DNA from: a virus
Taxonomy: Duplodnaviria > Caudoviricetes
Virus record (IMG/VR): IMGVR_UViG_3300049846_002562
Coordinates: 1-59,791 of that record
DNA: 59,791 nucleotides
Strand: one strand, 5' to 3'
Program-made: the position numbers and the translations under genes
Shown: in pieces, positions 1-9,508 of the stretch
Numbering within the stretch: position 1 is the stretch's first letter
Layout: every line of letters starts with the position of its first letter
Notes under the pieces: model-generated
What the model was told of the DNA's origin: nothing
What the model saw: only the letters and a program-made list of their open reading frames with translations
The model's database searches: none

Positions 1-2
1 TC

Positions 3-455
3 ATTACCGCCGCTGGCACGTATAGCTTCGTGGGCAACACGTTCAGCGGCTACGGCGCGGGCGGATCGACCGACGCGGCCATCTATAACAACAGCGGCGG
101 GGCGGTGACGCTCAACATCAGCGGCGGCGGCGGTACGCCGACCGTCCGCAACGGGGCGGGCGCCAGCACCACGGTCAACAACACGGTCAGCATAGAAATC
201 GTGGCAAACGTCACCCTTTCGGGTGCGGAAGTGCGAATATATGACTTCGACAACACGCCGGCCGGCACCTACGGCACCGCCCTGGCGGGGACTGAAAGCC
301 ATGGATCGGCGACGTACACCTACAGCGGTGCCGGCGGCAATACGATTTGGATTCAAATTATGAAAGACGGATATGTTGAGTTTGGCCAGCAGTACACCAT
401 GCCGGGTGCAAACGGTACGTTGAACATCACCCTCGTCGCAGACACTAACGCTTAA
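3..455 (+). CDS. Virion structural/tail-associated protein, 5'-truncated
   Basis: The frame is open from the window edge. The product is Gly/Thr/Asn-rich and beta-strand-like, and an AAGGAG RBS for the next gene follows. Confidence 0.6.
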   Translation: MTAAGTYSFVGNTFSGYGAGGSTDAAIYNNSGGAVTLNISGGGGTPTVRNGAGASTTVNNTVSIEIVANVTLSGAEVRIYDFDNTPAGTYGTALAGTESHGSATYTYSGAGGNTIWIQIMKDGYVEFGQQYTMPGANGTLNITLVADTNA

Positions 456-469
456 AGGAGCGCGCCACC

Positions 470-1972
470 ATGGCACTGATTGACCATACCAACTATGCCA
501 CTACGCTGAAGGAGTCGACCAACCCGCGCGGCTCGACACCGAACGGCAACGTCTATTTCGACGCGGCTAACAACGAGATTCAGTTGATCGGCGTCAACGA
601 GCTGGCCACCGTCGACTTTGGCTCCGGCCCGGTCACCAACCCGTTGAACAACACCGACGGCATCACCCTGCGCGCGCTGTACAACTTTGAAAACAGCCGC
701 CGTCGCGTCAATGAAACCCTGCGAACCTACGAGCGCGGTACGGCCGGTAACTACCGCTTCGCCGGCGCGTACTCATTCGTCAACGGCGTCAAGCTGGACG
801 CCAGCGATCGGAACAAAATCCGCAGCTCTGGCTGGATCGAGTTTGCCAACACCGGCGACGGTGCGACCGACGTGGACCGCATTTACCACGGCGTCGTCTC
901 GCTGGTGGATGTGCAGGCCGCCACGGTTCCGTATTGGTCGCTGGTCACCGCGACCGACGAGACCACTCTACAGGCCGCGACCTGGACCAACTTCGTCCGC
1001 GCCGGTGACATCAACGAAGCCGTGCAAGTGTACGGCAGCACAGCGTTTGGCGACACTGGTGCCGGTAACTTCGACTACACCACTCGTACCCTTGTGGTGC
1101 GCGTGCGCAGCTGGGGCTACAATCCTGGCGAAACCACGTCGGTGGCGTCCGGTATTTCGGAATTCTCCGGTAACTCGGCCGGCTACGGTGTCGGCGAGTC
1201 GCTGAACCCGTCAAACAGCTACGCGCTGGCCGACGTCTTCGGGGGCGCGGCGATTGCACCGTGGTCGACCATGACCTTGGAAAAACTGGCCAGTCCGCAG
1301 ACCGAAACCGGATTCAACGAGTCCAACGGCAACTTTACCTGGGTCTTGAACAACCCGGCCGGCGGCACCGTGCAGCAGTGCGCTGCGTATCTGGACGCGC
1401 TGACCCTGCAGAGCACTGACATTGACTCCGGCGCTGGCAGTTATATCGGCACCAAAGGCCGCGTCTGGTACACCCGCAACGCGGCCGGTAAAGTGGTCAC
1501 CAGCTCGATCGGCGGCGCGGGTCTGTTCATTGAAGGTTTGAGCACGGCCGAGAAACAGAACGTGATCATGACCGACAACGCCGGCGCGACCAAAACCTAC
1601 CCGTTCTTCCCGGACGTGCGGATTACCGTCGGTGCCGCGGCCATCGCCGACACCAACGCCTGGTACCACGTGTTCTACGTGGATGGCGCAGCTGGTGCCG
1701 ACTTCGATACGGCCAGCGCAGTGACCGTCAATGACTCCGCCGGTAATCCGGTCAAAGGCAATGTCGCAGCCAACGTGTCCGGCGGTAAGATCAGCTTCGC
1801 CTACGCCTACGACACCAACACCCAGGCTGGACTCGCCGCCGGCGTAGACAAATCCTGCGTGGTGATTGTCGAAGGCGACGGCGGTGCAGCGCAAGCCATC
1901 ACATACTTCACCATTACCCGCAGTACGGTTGTTGCCGTTACCTGCGCCCCGCCGTCGGACAACAACGCGTAA
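470..1972 (+). CDS. Virion structural protein (tail appendage region), 500 aa
   Basis: AAGGAG RBS, Thr/Gly/Ala/Asn-rich composition, typical codon bias, located in the tail-fibre cluster. Confidence 0.65.
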   Translation: MALIDHTNYATTLKESTNPRGSTPNGNVYFDAANNEIQLIGVNELATVDFGSGPVTNPLNNTDGITLRALYNFENSRRRVNETLRTYERGTAGNYRFAGAYSFVNGVKLDASDRNKIRSSGWIEFANTGDGATDVDRIYHGVVSLVDVQAATVPYWSLVTATDETTLQAATWTNFVRAGDINEAVQVYGSTAFGDTGAGNFDYTTRTLVVRVRSWGYNPGETTSVASGISEFSGNSAGYGVGESLNPSNSYALADVFGGAAIAPWSTMTLEKLASPQTETGFNESNGNFTWVLNNPAGGTVQQCAAYLDALTLQSTDIDSGAGSYIGTKGRVWYTRNAAGKVVTSSIGGAGLFIEGLSTAEKQNVIMTDNAGATKTYPFFPDVRITVGAAAIADTNAWYHVFYVDGAAGADFDTASAVTVNDSAGNPVKGNVAANVSGGKISFAYAYDTNTQAGLAAGVDKSCVVIVEGDGGAAQAITYFTITRSTVVAVTCAPPSDNNA

Positions 1973-1984
1973 GGAGACAGTCGT

Positions 1985-2674
1985 ATGGGCATTGTTACCC
2001 GTGCGGGTAAAGGACAAGCGCTGACGCACGCGGAGCTCGACAATAATTTTGTCGAGCTCCGTGATCGGCCCGATGGGCAGGTTTATCCGGCCGCGTCGGG
2101 CATCGGGCTGAAGCTCGATACCGACACGCCGGACTACGGCTGGCACGACTTGACCGGCGAGATCCACCAAGACTTGAGCAACAGTCTGTCGACGCCGGCG
2201 GTGTATGTCGGCGGCATCAAGCAGTATCAGTTTGACGTGGGCAACGAAGCGGTCATGGAGTTTCACATGCCGCACGACTACGCCCCGGGCACGAACATGT
2301 TCATCCACGCCCACTGGTCGCACAACAACAACGCGGTCACGACCGGCTCGGTGACGTGGCAGTTTGAGATCATTTACGCCAAAGGCCACAACCAAGCGGC
2401 GTTCTCGACCCCGTTGCTGGTGCAGGCGGTACAGACGGCCAGCACCATCCGCTACCAGCACATGATTGCCGAAACCCAGGCGTCGTCGGCCGGCGGCGCT
2501 GGCGGCATGATTGATACTGGTCAGTTGGAAGTGGACGGTATCATGATCGTGACCGTGCGTCTGCTGGCCAACACCATGGACGCCGGTGCCAAACCGTTCC
2601 TGCACGCCGTCGACCTGCATTACCAGTCCACCAGCTTGCCGACCAAGAATAAGGCTCCGGTTTTCTATGGCTGA
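1985..2674 (+). CDS. Tail fibre-associated structural protein
   Basis: AAGGAG RBS. The N-terminal TRAGKGQALTHAELDNNF resembles a phage fibre attachment motif. Confidence 0.6.
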   Translation: MGIVTRAGKGQALTHAELDNNFVELRDRPDGQVYPAASGIGLKLDTDTPDYGWHDLTGEIHQDLSNSLSTPAVYVGGIKQYQFDVGNEAVMEFHMPHDYAPGTNMFIHAHWSHNNNAVTTGSVTWQFEIIYAKGHNQAAFSTPLLVQAVQTASTIRYQHMIAETQASSAGGAGGMIDTGQLEVDGIMIVTVRLLANTMDAGAKPFLHAVDLHYQSTSLPTKNKAPVFYG

Positions 2675-3347
2675 CATCGTCACGCTCTATGTTGACGCCG
2701 GATATGTAGTTGAAGGCTACATGGCGGACTACGCGACGACGAAAATTCACCACATGGATCTGGCGACCAAGCGGATATACCTGAACCCCGGCGTCACCGA
2801 ATACCATCCGGTCGACGACATTTACAAGGAAGTCCGGTTCATCCGTAGTCAGGACATTTCGCTGCGGGTGGCTTTGCTACCCGTGCGCGCGGAAGGCTCG
2901 ATTCCTAAAGGCGGCGGGAAATTCACGCCACGGCTGGCCGTGTTCCAGCACGGCTGGCGGATCGTGCCGGCCGACGAGACCCACTCCCTGTATATCACTG
3001 GCGAGCAGATCACCGACGACGGGCAGTCCGGCCCTGCCGTGATGAACACGGCCGTACTGTCGCCCGGGACCAATGTGACCATCCACTACGAGCCGCCGGC
3101 CGCTGAGCTGGTCGGTGCCGAAGGCGGCACAGCGCCGACGGCCGCGGAAGTGGCTACGGCCGTCCGGTCTGAGCTGGCTGCCGAGCTGCTGCGGGTCACT
3201 GAGCTCTGGCAGAAAGAAGGCCTGTCGCCCGACCTGGCGGTCACGGTCACCAAAACAAAAATCACGGCTGGAGACCCCCTATCGCCCACAATTGAAATAT
3301 TATTGTCGGGAGATCTGCGGAACACGACCACCATGGAGCGCCAATGA
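2667..3347 (+). CDS. Hypothetical virion protein (start MADIVTL at 2667)
   Basis: ATG overlaps the end of the upstream gene and is in frame with ORF 2586..3347. Confidence 0.55.
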   Translation: MADIVTLYVDAGYVVEGYMADYATTKIHHMDLATKRIYLNPGVTEYHPVDDIYKEVRFIRSQDISLRVALLPVRAEGSIPKGGGKFTPRLAVFQHGWRIVPADETHSLYITGEQITDDGQSGPAVMNTAVLSPGTNVTIHYEPPAAELVGAEGGTAPTAAEVATAVRSELAAELLRVTELWQKEGLSPDLAVTVTKTKITAGDPLSPTIEILLSGDLRNTTTMERQ

Positions 3348-4030
3348 GCACCAGCTTGGGCATCGCCACTGAAGGACTGCTGCAAGAAGAAGGCGGCGGC
3401 GGGAGCTGTGTCAAAGTCGTTGCGCGCGAAAACATCACGCAGAAAGTTTCTCGGTCTGTTGAGCAGCGCACGGCGACGCGCGCAGCCAACGGTAATTCCG
3501 CCGCGCGAGTATCGGTGCAGAACAGCGCGAGTCAGCAGACCAACCAAGTTGCCGCTGCCCGGCTTAAGACCGCTGCGGTTGTCGTGACGACAGCCTGCCC
3601 CGCAACGGCAACTCCGACCCCTGATCCCCCCGCCGGCAGCGGCACTCTTGATACGGTGTCCAAAGTGAACGGGCACATCCAGCCGATGTACGCAGGCCAA
3701 GTAGTCTGCTCGGTAGCCGGCGAGTGGCAGCCGGCCGCATCCACGCTGTCGCGGTTTGAAGCAGTGGGCATGCTGGTCGATGAAGTGCTGCTCGCCGGCG
3801 CGGCCGGCCGCGCGCAGACCACCGGCGTCATTACTTTGACCGCCCCGCAGTGGGACTTGGTGCAGACCAATGTTGGTGGGCTGGTGCCGGAGTCCGACTA
3901 TTACCTGCATCCGGCGGGTAAAATCACGCACGATCCGGATCTGATCGGCACTGCCGTTTTGGTACGTGTCGGGTACGCTATCAACAACACGCAGTTTTCA
4001 CTCGACATCGAACCCCCTATTCTTCTATAA
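3344..4030 (+). CDS. Hypothetical virion protein; C-terminal domain resembles that of the downstream fibre protein
   Basis: ATGA overlap. QWDLVQTNVGGLVPESDYYL resembles [20 protein letters not shown] in 4043..5794. Confidence 0.55.
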   Translation: MSTSLGIATEGLLQEEGGGGSCVKVVARENITQKVSRSVEQRTATRAANGNSAARVSVQNSASQQTNQVAAARLKTAAVVVTTACPATATPTPDPPAGSGTLDTVSKVNGHIQPMYAGQVVCSVAGEWQPAASTLSRFEAVGMLVDEVLLAGAAGRAQTTGVITLTAPQWDLVQTNVGGLVPESDYYLHPAGKITHDPDLIGTAVLVRVGYAINNTQFSLDIEPPILL

Positions 4031-4042
4031 GGAGCTCCAATC

Positions 4043-5794
4043 ATGGCCGCAAAAACCCCAATTACCCTGTATGCCGGTCAGCTTGGGCAGCTGCAGACTG
4101 GCGATTACGTCGACATCGCATTCGGCGGTACGGGCGCGACCACTGCTGCCGGCGCGCGAACCGCGCTTGGTCTGGCGATCGGCACCAATGTCCAAGCCTG
4201 GGACGCCGACCTCGACGCCCTGGCTGCTCTCGCTGCAACGGGCGGCATGCTCTCGCGCACCGGCGCGGGCGCTTTTGCCGTCCGTACTATTGCCGGCACC
4301 GCGTCTGAAATTGCGGTAACCAACGGCGATGGCGTTGCTGGCGCACCGACCATCGGGCTGGCGACGTTTGCCAACGGTTCCGGCGGTACGTTCCTGAAAT
4401 TCACCCGCGACACTTACGGCCGCATTAGCCAAACCACCGCTGTCGTCGCCGGCGACATTACCGCGCTGGTCAACGGCACTTACGCCCCGATCGCCAGCCC
4501 GACCTTCACCGGTACGGTCACGCTGCCGACTTCGACCCCATCGGCCGCGCTGGAAGCGGCGTCGAAAGGCTACGTCGATGCCATGGTTGCCGGCCAGCGA
4601 GTTCAAGACTCGGTACGCGTCGCCACCACCGCCAACGGCACCTTAGCGACCGCGTTTGCCAACGGCCAGTCGGTCGATGGCGTGACCCTGGCCACCAACG
4701 ACCGGATCTTGATCAAGAACCAGTCGACCGGCGCTGAAAACGGCGTCTACATCGTGCAGGCGTCCGGCGCTCCGGTCCGCGCGACCGACTTTGACGGCAA
4801 TAGCTCGACCGGTGAAGTGGTCGGCGGCGCAACGTTCTGGGTCAATGAAGGTTCGACCCAAGCCGACACCGGCTGGACTCTGACCAACGACGGCACCATC
4901 ACCGTCGGCACTACGGCGCTGACCTTTACCCAGTCTTCGGGTCTGGGCCAGGTTACCGCCGGCAACGGTCTGACCAAAACCGGCAATACGCTCGATGTCG
5001 GCACCGCGTCCAGCGCCCGCATTGTGGTCAACGCGGACAACATCGACTTGGCGACCGTTGCCAACGGCGGCACCGGCACGCTGTACAAAGTGACCGTCGA
5101 TGGTTACGGCCGTGTCACCGGCTACGTGGCTCCGGTCTTTGCCGACCTGCCGATGGACGCTACGCTGACAGCGCTGGCTGGCTTAGATGCTACCGCCGGT
5201 ATGGTAGTGCAGACAGCTGCCGACACGTTTACCAAACGCACCATTACCGGTACTGCCGGCCGCATTGGTGTCACCAACGGTGACGGCGCTTCTGGCGCGC
5301 CGACGATCGATCTGGCCAGCGGTGTTGCTACCCCCGGCACTTACACCTCGGTCACCGTCGACACTTACGGCCGCGTCACTTCCGGCAGTACCGGCGGCGG
5401 CGTAATGACCACCGACGCTTTCACCAACGGCGAGGCGTCAGCCATTGCCATCGGCCGCGCGGTTTACTGCTCGGCTGCAGGTTCGGTCAAACTGGCCAAC
5501 GCCAACGCTGCCGGCACGACTATTGTGGTTGGTTTGGTCGCTGCGACTTCGATCGCGTCTGCGGCATCTGGCGCTATTGCCAACTCGGGCTTTTTGACTG
5601 CGACCACGGGTGAGTGGGACGCTGTCACCGGCCAGACCGGCGGGCTGACTTTTGGCGCGACCTATTATCTGGACAACGCGACGGCCGGTAAAATAACCAG
5701 CACCGCGCCTGGATCTGGGTATGTCGTCGCCGTCGGCGTGGCGATGTCGACCACGAAGCTCGCCATTCAGATCAACCGTCCGATCCAGCTGTAA
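4043..5794 (+). CDS. Tail fibre protein with internal repeats
   Basis: AAGGAG RBS. Repeated VTNGDG.AGAPTI and T.D.YGR(V/I) motifs, and a [17 protein letters not shown] fibre/decoration motif. Confidence 0.75.
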   Translation: MAAKTPITLYAGQLGQLQTGDYVDIAFGGTGATTAAGARTALGLAIGTNVQAWDADLDALAALAATGGMLSRTGAGAFAVRTIAGTASEIAVTNGDGVAGAPTIGLATFANGSGGTFLKFTRDTYGRISQTTAVVAGDITALVNGTYAPIASPTFTGTVTLPTSTPSAALEAASKGYVDAMVAGQRVQDSVRVATTANGTLATAFANGQSVDGVTLATNDRILIKNQSTGAENGVYIVQASGAPVRATDFDGNSSTGEVVGGATFWVNEGSTQADTGWTLTNDGTITVGTTALTFTQSSGLGQVTAGNGLTKTGNTLDVGTASSARIVVNADNIDLATVANGGTGTLYKVTVDGYGRVTGYVAPVFADLPMDATLTALAGLDATAGMVVQTAADTFTKRTITGTAGRIGVTNGDGASGAPTIDLASGVATPGTYTSVTVDTYGRVTSGSTGGGVMTTDAFTNGEASAIAIGRAVYCSAAGSVKLANANAAGTTIVVGLVAATSIASAASGAIANSGFLTATTGEWDAVTGQTGGLTFGATYYLDNATAGKITSTAPGSGYVVAVGVAMSTTKLAIQINRPIQL

Positions 5795-5797
5795 GCC

Positions 5798-6670
5798 ATG
5801 CCTGATTTTGTATCTCTCCAGTCAGGGCTTTTGAAAGTTGCGGCAGGCAGCGCGTCGGCACAGGTCGACGTGTTTACTGCGTCTGGTACATGGACTAAAC
5901 CGTCTGGCGCAAAATCCGTCGAGATTATTGTCATTGGCGGCGGCGGCGGCGGTGGTGCGGGGTGTAAACGCGCTGCAGGCACTACTCGATACGGTGGCGC
6001 AGGGGGTGGTTCTGGCGGCAGGTCGCATGTTTTTACTTCAGCTACAGGACTTGGCGCAACAGAAACTGTTACTGTCGGTGCGGGCGGCGCAGGCGGAACT
6101 TCTGCTACAGCAAATGACACAACAACAGGCAACGCAGGTACTGGTGGCGGCACTTCATCTTTTGGGTTAGTACTCAAAGCGACAGGCGGCGGTGGCGGTG
6201 GTGGCGGTGCACCAACACAACCTACAGGTGGAACTGTAGGTACAGGCAGTTTAAGCTCAGGCGGCACTGGTGGCGGCAGCCAACCTACGTACGCGTCAAC
6301 TGGTGGCGCAATATCAAATCAGATCACTAATGCTAACGCATATTCTCCTACGGCAAACGGCTTTGCGTCTGGTTCAGGCGCAGTAATAACTTACGCGAAT
6401 TTGGGTAGTGGAGATCTCGCCGCCGGCGCAGGTGGTGTTGGCGCTGGAGCTACCGGCGGTGCAGGCGCATCTTTAGACGCTCCGTACTTTTTAGCGTCAG
6501 GCGGGGGCGGGGGAGCATGCAACATGTCTGGAAACGGTGGCACTGGCGGCGCTGGGGGTGGATACGGTGCTGGCGGTGGCGGCGGTGGCGCTGCTACAAA
6601 CTCTGTTGGAAATAGCGGCGCAGGTGGACTTGGCTCTGACGGCGCAGTCATTGTAATCACATATTTCTAA
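5798..6670 (+). CDS. Glycine-rich tail fibre tip/adhesin-like protein
   Basis: VFTASGTWTKPSGAKSVEIIVIGGGGGGG and C-terminal GSDGAVIVITY are typical of phage glycine-rich domains. Codons are more AT-rich than in neighbours. Confidence 0.7.
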   Translation: MPDFVSLQSGLLKVAAGSASAQVDVFTASGTWTKPSGAKSVEIIVIGGGGGGGAGCKRAAGTTRYGGAGGGSGGRSHVFTSATGLGATETVTVGAGGAGGTSATANDTTTGNAGTGGGTSSFGLVLKATGGGGGGGGAPTQPTGGTVGTGSLSSGGTGGGSQPTYASTGGAISNQITNANAYSPTANGFASGSGAVITYANLGSGDLAAGAGGVGAGATGGAGASLDAPYFLASGGGGGACNMSGNGGTGGAGGGYGAGGGGGGAATNSVGNSGAGGLGSDGAVIVITYF

Positions 6671-6678
6671 GGATCGAT

Positions 6679-7080
6679 ATGCGTATAGCTCTTATCCAAG
6701 ATTCAATCGTAGTCAATGTTATCATCGCGTCCGAAACCTGGACCGCGCCCGATGGGTACATTGCGTACCCGCTGCCCGAAGGCTCGACTGTCGGTATCGG
6801 CGACGTGTACGACGGCGTCGACGGTTTTGCAAAAGCTGCTTCGCCCGCACCTTCTGCAATTATGTCGAAGCTCACGTTCATGCGGCGCTTCACGCCTGAA
6901 GAACGCATCGCTATTCGCCAAGCTGCTGTGCAAGATGTCGTACTTGCCGACGCGCAAGAGTTACTGAACCTAGCGCTTGAAATCGATCTCAACGATCCGG
7001 ATACCGTGCGCACACTGCAATACATGACGTTTCTCGGGCTTGTTACCGCAGAACGCGCTACTGAAATTCTCACCCCGTAG
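6679..7080 (+). CDS. Tail fibre assembly/chaperone-like protein
   Basis: Follows the Gly-rich gene. Motifs VVNVIIA, VGIGDVYDG, F.RRFT.EER and GLVTAERATEIL are common in genes at this position. Confidence 0.55.
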   Translation: MRIALIQDSIVVNVIIASETWTAPDGYIAYPLPEGSTVGIGDVYDGVDGFAKAASPAPSAIMSKLTFMRRFTPEERIAIRQAAVQDVVLADAQELLNLALEIDLNDPDTVRTLQYMTFLGLVTAERATEILTP

Positions 7081-7091
7081 GAGCTCGCCCC

Positions 7092-7508
7092 ATGATTACC
7101 AGTGCACAGTGTTTGAAAGTGATTGGCCCACCGGAACTTGAAAAAGACATGGTGGTGTTCGACGTCCCGACGCACCTTGAAATGGGCGTCATCCCTAAGA
7201 AGGTGTACTGCAACAAGCGCATGGTTGGTCCGCTGACTCAGGCGTTCCAGAACATCGTCAACCGCGGGCTGGTTACCCAGCTCAAGACCTGGGATGGCTG
7301 TTTCAACATTCGGAAAAAGCGCGGTGCCGGATCTCCGTCCCTGCACAGCTGGGGTCTGGCCATCGACATCAATGCCGCGTGGAATGGTTTTGGCAAGCCG
7401 CCGACCATGTCCAAAGAGCTGGTGAAGTGCTTCACCGATGCCGGCTTCGACTGGGGTGGCGTCTGGGGCAAGCCGGACGGCATGCACTTCCAGCTGTCCA
7501 GCCTATAA
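7092..7508 (+). CDS. Endolysin, M15-family Zn peptidase
   Basis: SLHSWGLAIDIN and WGG.W...DGMHFQ motifs, AGGAG RBS, first gene of the lysis cassette. Confidence 0.9.
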   Translation: MITSAQCLKVIGPPELEKDMVVFDVPTHLEMGVIPKKVYCNKRMVGPLTQAFQNIVNRGLVTQLKTWDGCFNIRKKRGAGSPSLHSWGLAIDINAAWNGFGKPPTMSKELVKCFTDAGFDWGGVWGKPDGMHFQLSSL

Positions 7509-7593
7509 AAAACTCCTAGGCGAAGGGGTTTCGCCGAAAAGTTTCTGATAACATCAGCTTACACGTCAACGCACTGAACAAGGAGATAGGGGA

Positions 7594-8022
7594 GTGCTTA
7601 AGGAATCCACCGTAGCAATCACAATCGGGGCGCTTAATGCCTTGGGCGTCGCCACCAGTGCGACAATTTTTGGCGTATCCGATCAGGCGTTGCAGCCGTT
7701 TATCGGCACGACTGTCAGCGCGTTCATTATGGCAGTGCTGGGGGCGCTGCTGGCCATGGGCGTTGCCAAGCCGTTGACCCCGCGTTCGCACATGTGGCTG
7801 ATCTTTGTCGCATCCTTTGTGCTGGGCGCTGGGCTGACTGCGCTTACGCCGCACCTGCCGGTGATAGGCGATGGCTTAGCCAAAGCCCCGGCCGGCCCGA
7901 TGGCGCTGTTGACCAGTTTCTTTTCCCGCTGGGCGCTGCCGGTAGCGATTGAAGAAGTGCCCAAGCGTCTCAAATCCGTAATCAGCGGCAATCCCGTACC
8001 CAAAGAACCATCAGGAGAGTAA
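7594..8022 (+). CDS. Putative holin
   Basis: Several hydrophobic TM segments, charged C-terminus, located between endolysin and spanins. Confidence 0.6.
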   Translation: MLKESTVAITIGALNALGVATSATIFGVSDQALQPFIGTTVSAFIMAVLGALLAMGVAKPLTPRSHMWLIFVASFVLGAGLTALTPHLPVIGDGLAKAPAGPMALLTSFFSRWALPVAIEEVPKRLKSVISGNPVPKEPSGE

Positions 8023-8026
8023 AGCC

Positions 8027-8368
8027 ATGTTCCTCGCATACGCTATCATTTTTGCCTGTTTCATTATTTTGGTGAATCTGGTGCCCCGCATTAACGACAT
8101 GCGCGGGCACGCGATTTGGAAAGACCAACGAACAGCCGCGCGATTCATTGGGCTGTGCCTTACCGCGCTGGCGTGTCTCTGGGTCAGTTTTGCTATACTG
8201 TCCCCAGCCGTGCTTGGCCAAGACTACGCTATCCTGTGCTTGTTGATCGGCGTCGGCATCACCTGGACTACGTCGCCGAGCATTAGCAAAAGCTGGATTG
8301 ATTACATGTTCCACTCCGGTGAAATGACCCCGCGCCGCCGCGTTACTGACAAAGTCGAGCAAAAATGA
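8027..8368 (+). CDS. Putative holin/antiholin (about 3 TM segments)
   Basis: AGGAG RBS, three hydrophobic stretches, basic C-terminal tail. Confidence 0.55.
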   Translation: MFLAYAIIFACFIILVNLVPRINDMRGHAIWKDQRTAARFIGLCLTALACLWVSFAILSPAVLGQDYAILCLLIGVGITWTTSPSISKSWIDYMFHSGEMTPRRRVTDKVEQK

Positions 8369-8748
8369 ACCCGATCCCCTTCTACCAGCGTCCTTTGTTT
8401 ATCGTCTCCGCCGCGCTCGCGTTGTCCGCGCTGCTGAATGTCGGTTTCCTTGTGTACACTGGTTGGCAATGGGGTGAGAAAAAAGCTGAAGCCCAGCTCG
8501 CGGCGACCAAGTCCCAGCTTGCAGCGGCCAACACCGCGCTCGCCGTGACTGGCGTAATGGCTGAAAAAGCCGAAGAACGCCGACTGCAGGTACTTGACGA
8601 GCTGGCCGCAATCGCCGAACGCTCCCGCGAAACGCGGGTGATTTACAAAAACGCGGCCGCTGCCGCACCTTTGGACGCCAGCTGCAAGCCCGGAATCGGA
8701 CGCGTCCAAGCCGTAAACGCCAATCTTGGCCCGGGAGATAAACCGTGA
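8365..8748 (+). CDS. i-spanin (Rz-like)
   Basis: Single N-terminal TM segment, Ala-rich coiled coil and a C-terminal Cys. Confidence 0.75.
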   Translation: MNPIPFYQRPLFIVSAALALSALLNVGFLVYTGWQWGEKKAEAQLAATKSQLAAANTALAVTGVMAEKAEERRLQVLDELAAIAERSRETRVIYKNAAAAAPLDASCKPGIGRVQAVNANLGPGDKP

Positions 8749-9038
8749 AGCCACTGACTTTACTGCTGCTGTTGGGACTGACCGCCTGTGCCGGCCGTCA
8801 AGTAAAGGTCGAACCGCCGACATTTGCGTGTCCTGACGCTTGCGCCACGCCCTGTGTCGCCGAAAACGGCGACACGGGCATCCGCTGGGAAGCCGATCCG
8901 GACAGCCCCGAAGCATGGGACGACCTGGCCGGCAGCGTGCTCGATCTGCTGGTGCAGAAGCTCCGTACCTGCGAAGTGAACCGGAGCACCTGCAACAAGT
9001 GCATCCAGAATTTGAAAGACCAAGGGGTTATCCAGTGA
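8745..9038 (+). CDS. o-spanin (Rz1-like lipoprotein)
   Basis: Lipobox LLLGLTAC, Pro/Cys-rich, overlaps the i-spanin stop. Confidence 0.8.
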   Translation: MKPLTLLLLLGLTACAGRQVKVEPPTFACPDACATPCVAENGDTGIRWEADPDSPEAWDDLAGSVLDLLVQKLRTCEVNRSTCNKCIQNLKDQGVIQ

Positions 9039-9508
9039 GCGCGCTTGAAATTGAAGCGCTCAGCACCCTGGCCGACGATGAAGCCAACTTTGTCTACAAC
9101 GTCGAAATCCTGAATCTCCCGACCAAAAAAGCCGCCGATCTGGCCGGCATGGAAGCCCACAAAATATACGCCCCCCACGTCAAACAAGCGCGCGAAGTCG
9201 TCCGCGCCGAATTGAACAGTCGAGTCAATATCAGCAAAGACGACGTGGTGCGGGGCATGCGCGACGCCATTGGCCGTGCCCAGATCCTTGGCGAGCCCAT
9301 GACCGAGATCGTTGGCTGGGAGAAAATCGCCAAGCTGCTGGGATACGAAGCCCCGCAAAAACACGACGTCAACGTTACCGCCACCATCGAAGCTCTGCAG
9401 GGCAATCTCAAAAGCCTGCCGGACAGCGAACTGTCGAAGCTGGTCAACGCCAGCGACATCATTGACGTTGAATTTTATGTGGTAGGTAATCGTGACCAAA
9501 CCAGTTAA
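9035..9508 (+). CDS. Putative terminase small subunit (GTG start at 9035)
   Basis: Directly upstream of TerL, with an HTH-like N-terminus and an EKIAKLLG motif. Confidence 0.6.
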   Translation: MSALEIEALSTLADDEANFVYNVEILNLPTKKAADLAGMEAHKIYAPHVKQAREVVRAELNSRVNISKDDVVRGMRDAIGRAQILGEPMTEIVGWEKIAKLLGYEAPQKHDVNVTATIEALQGNLKSLPDSELSKLVNASDIIDVEFYVVGNRDQTS

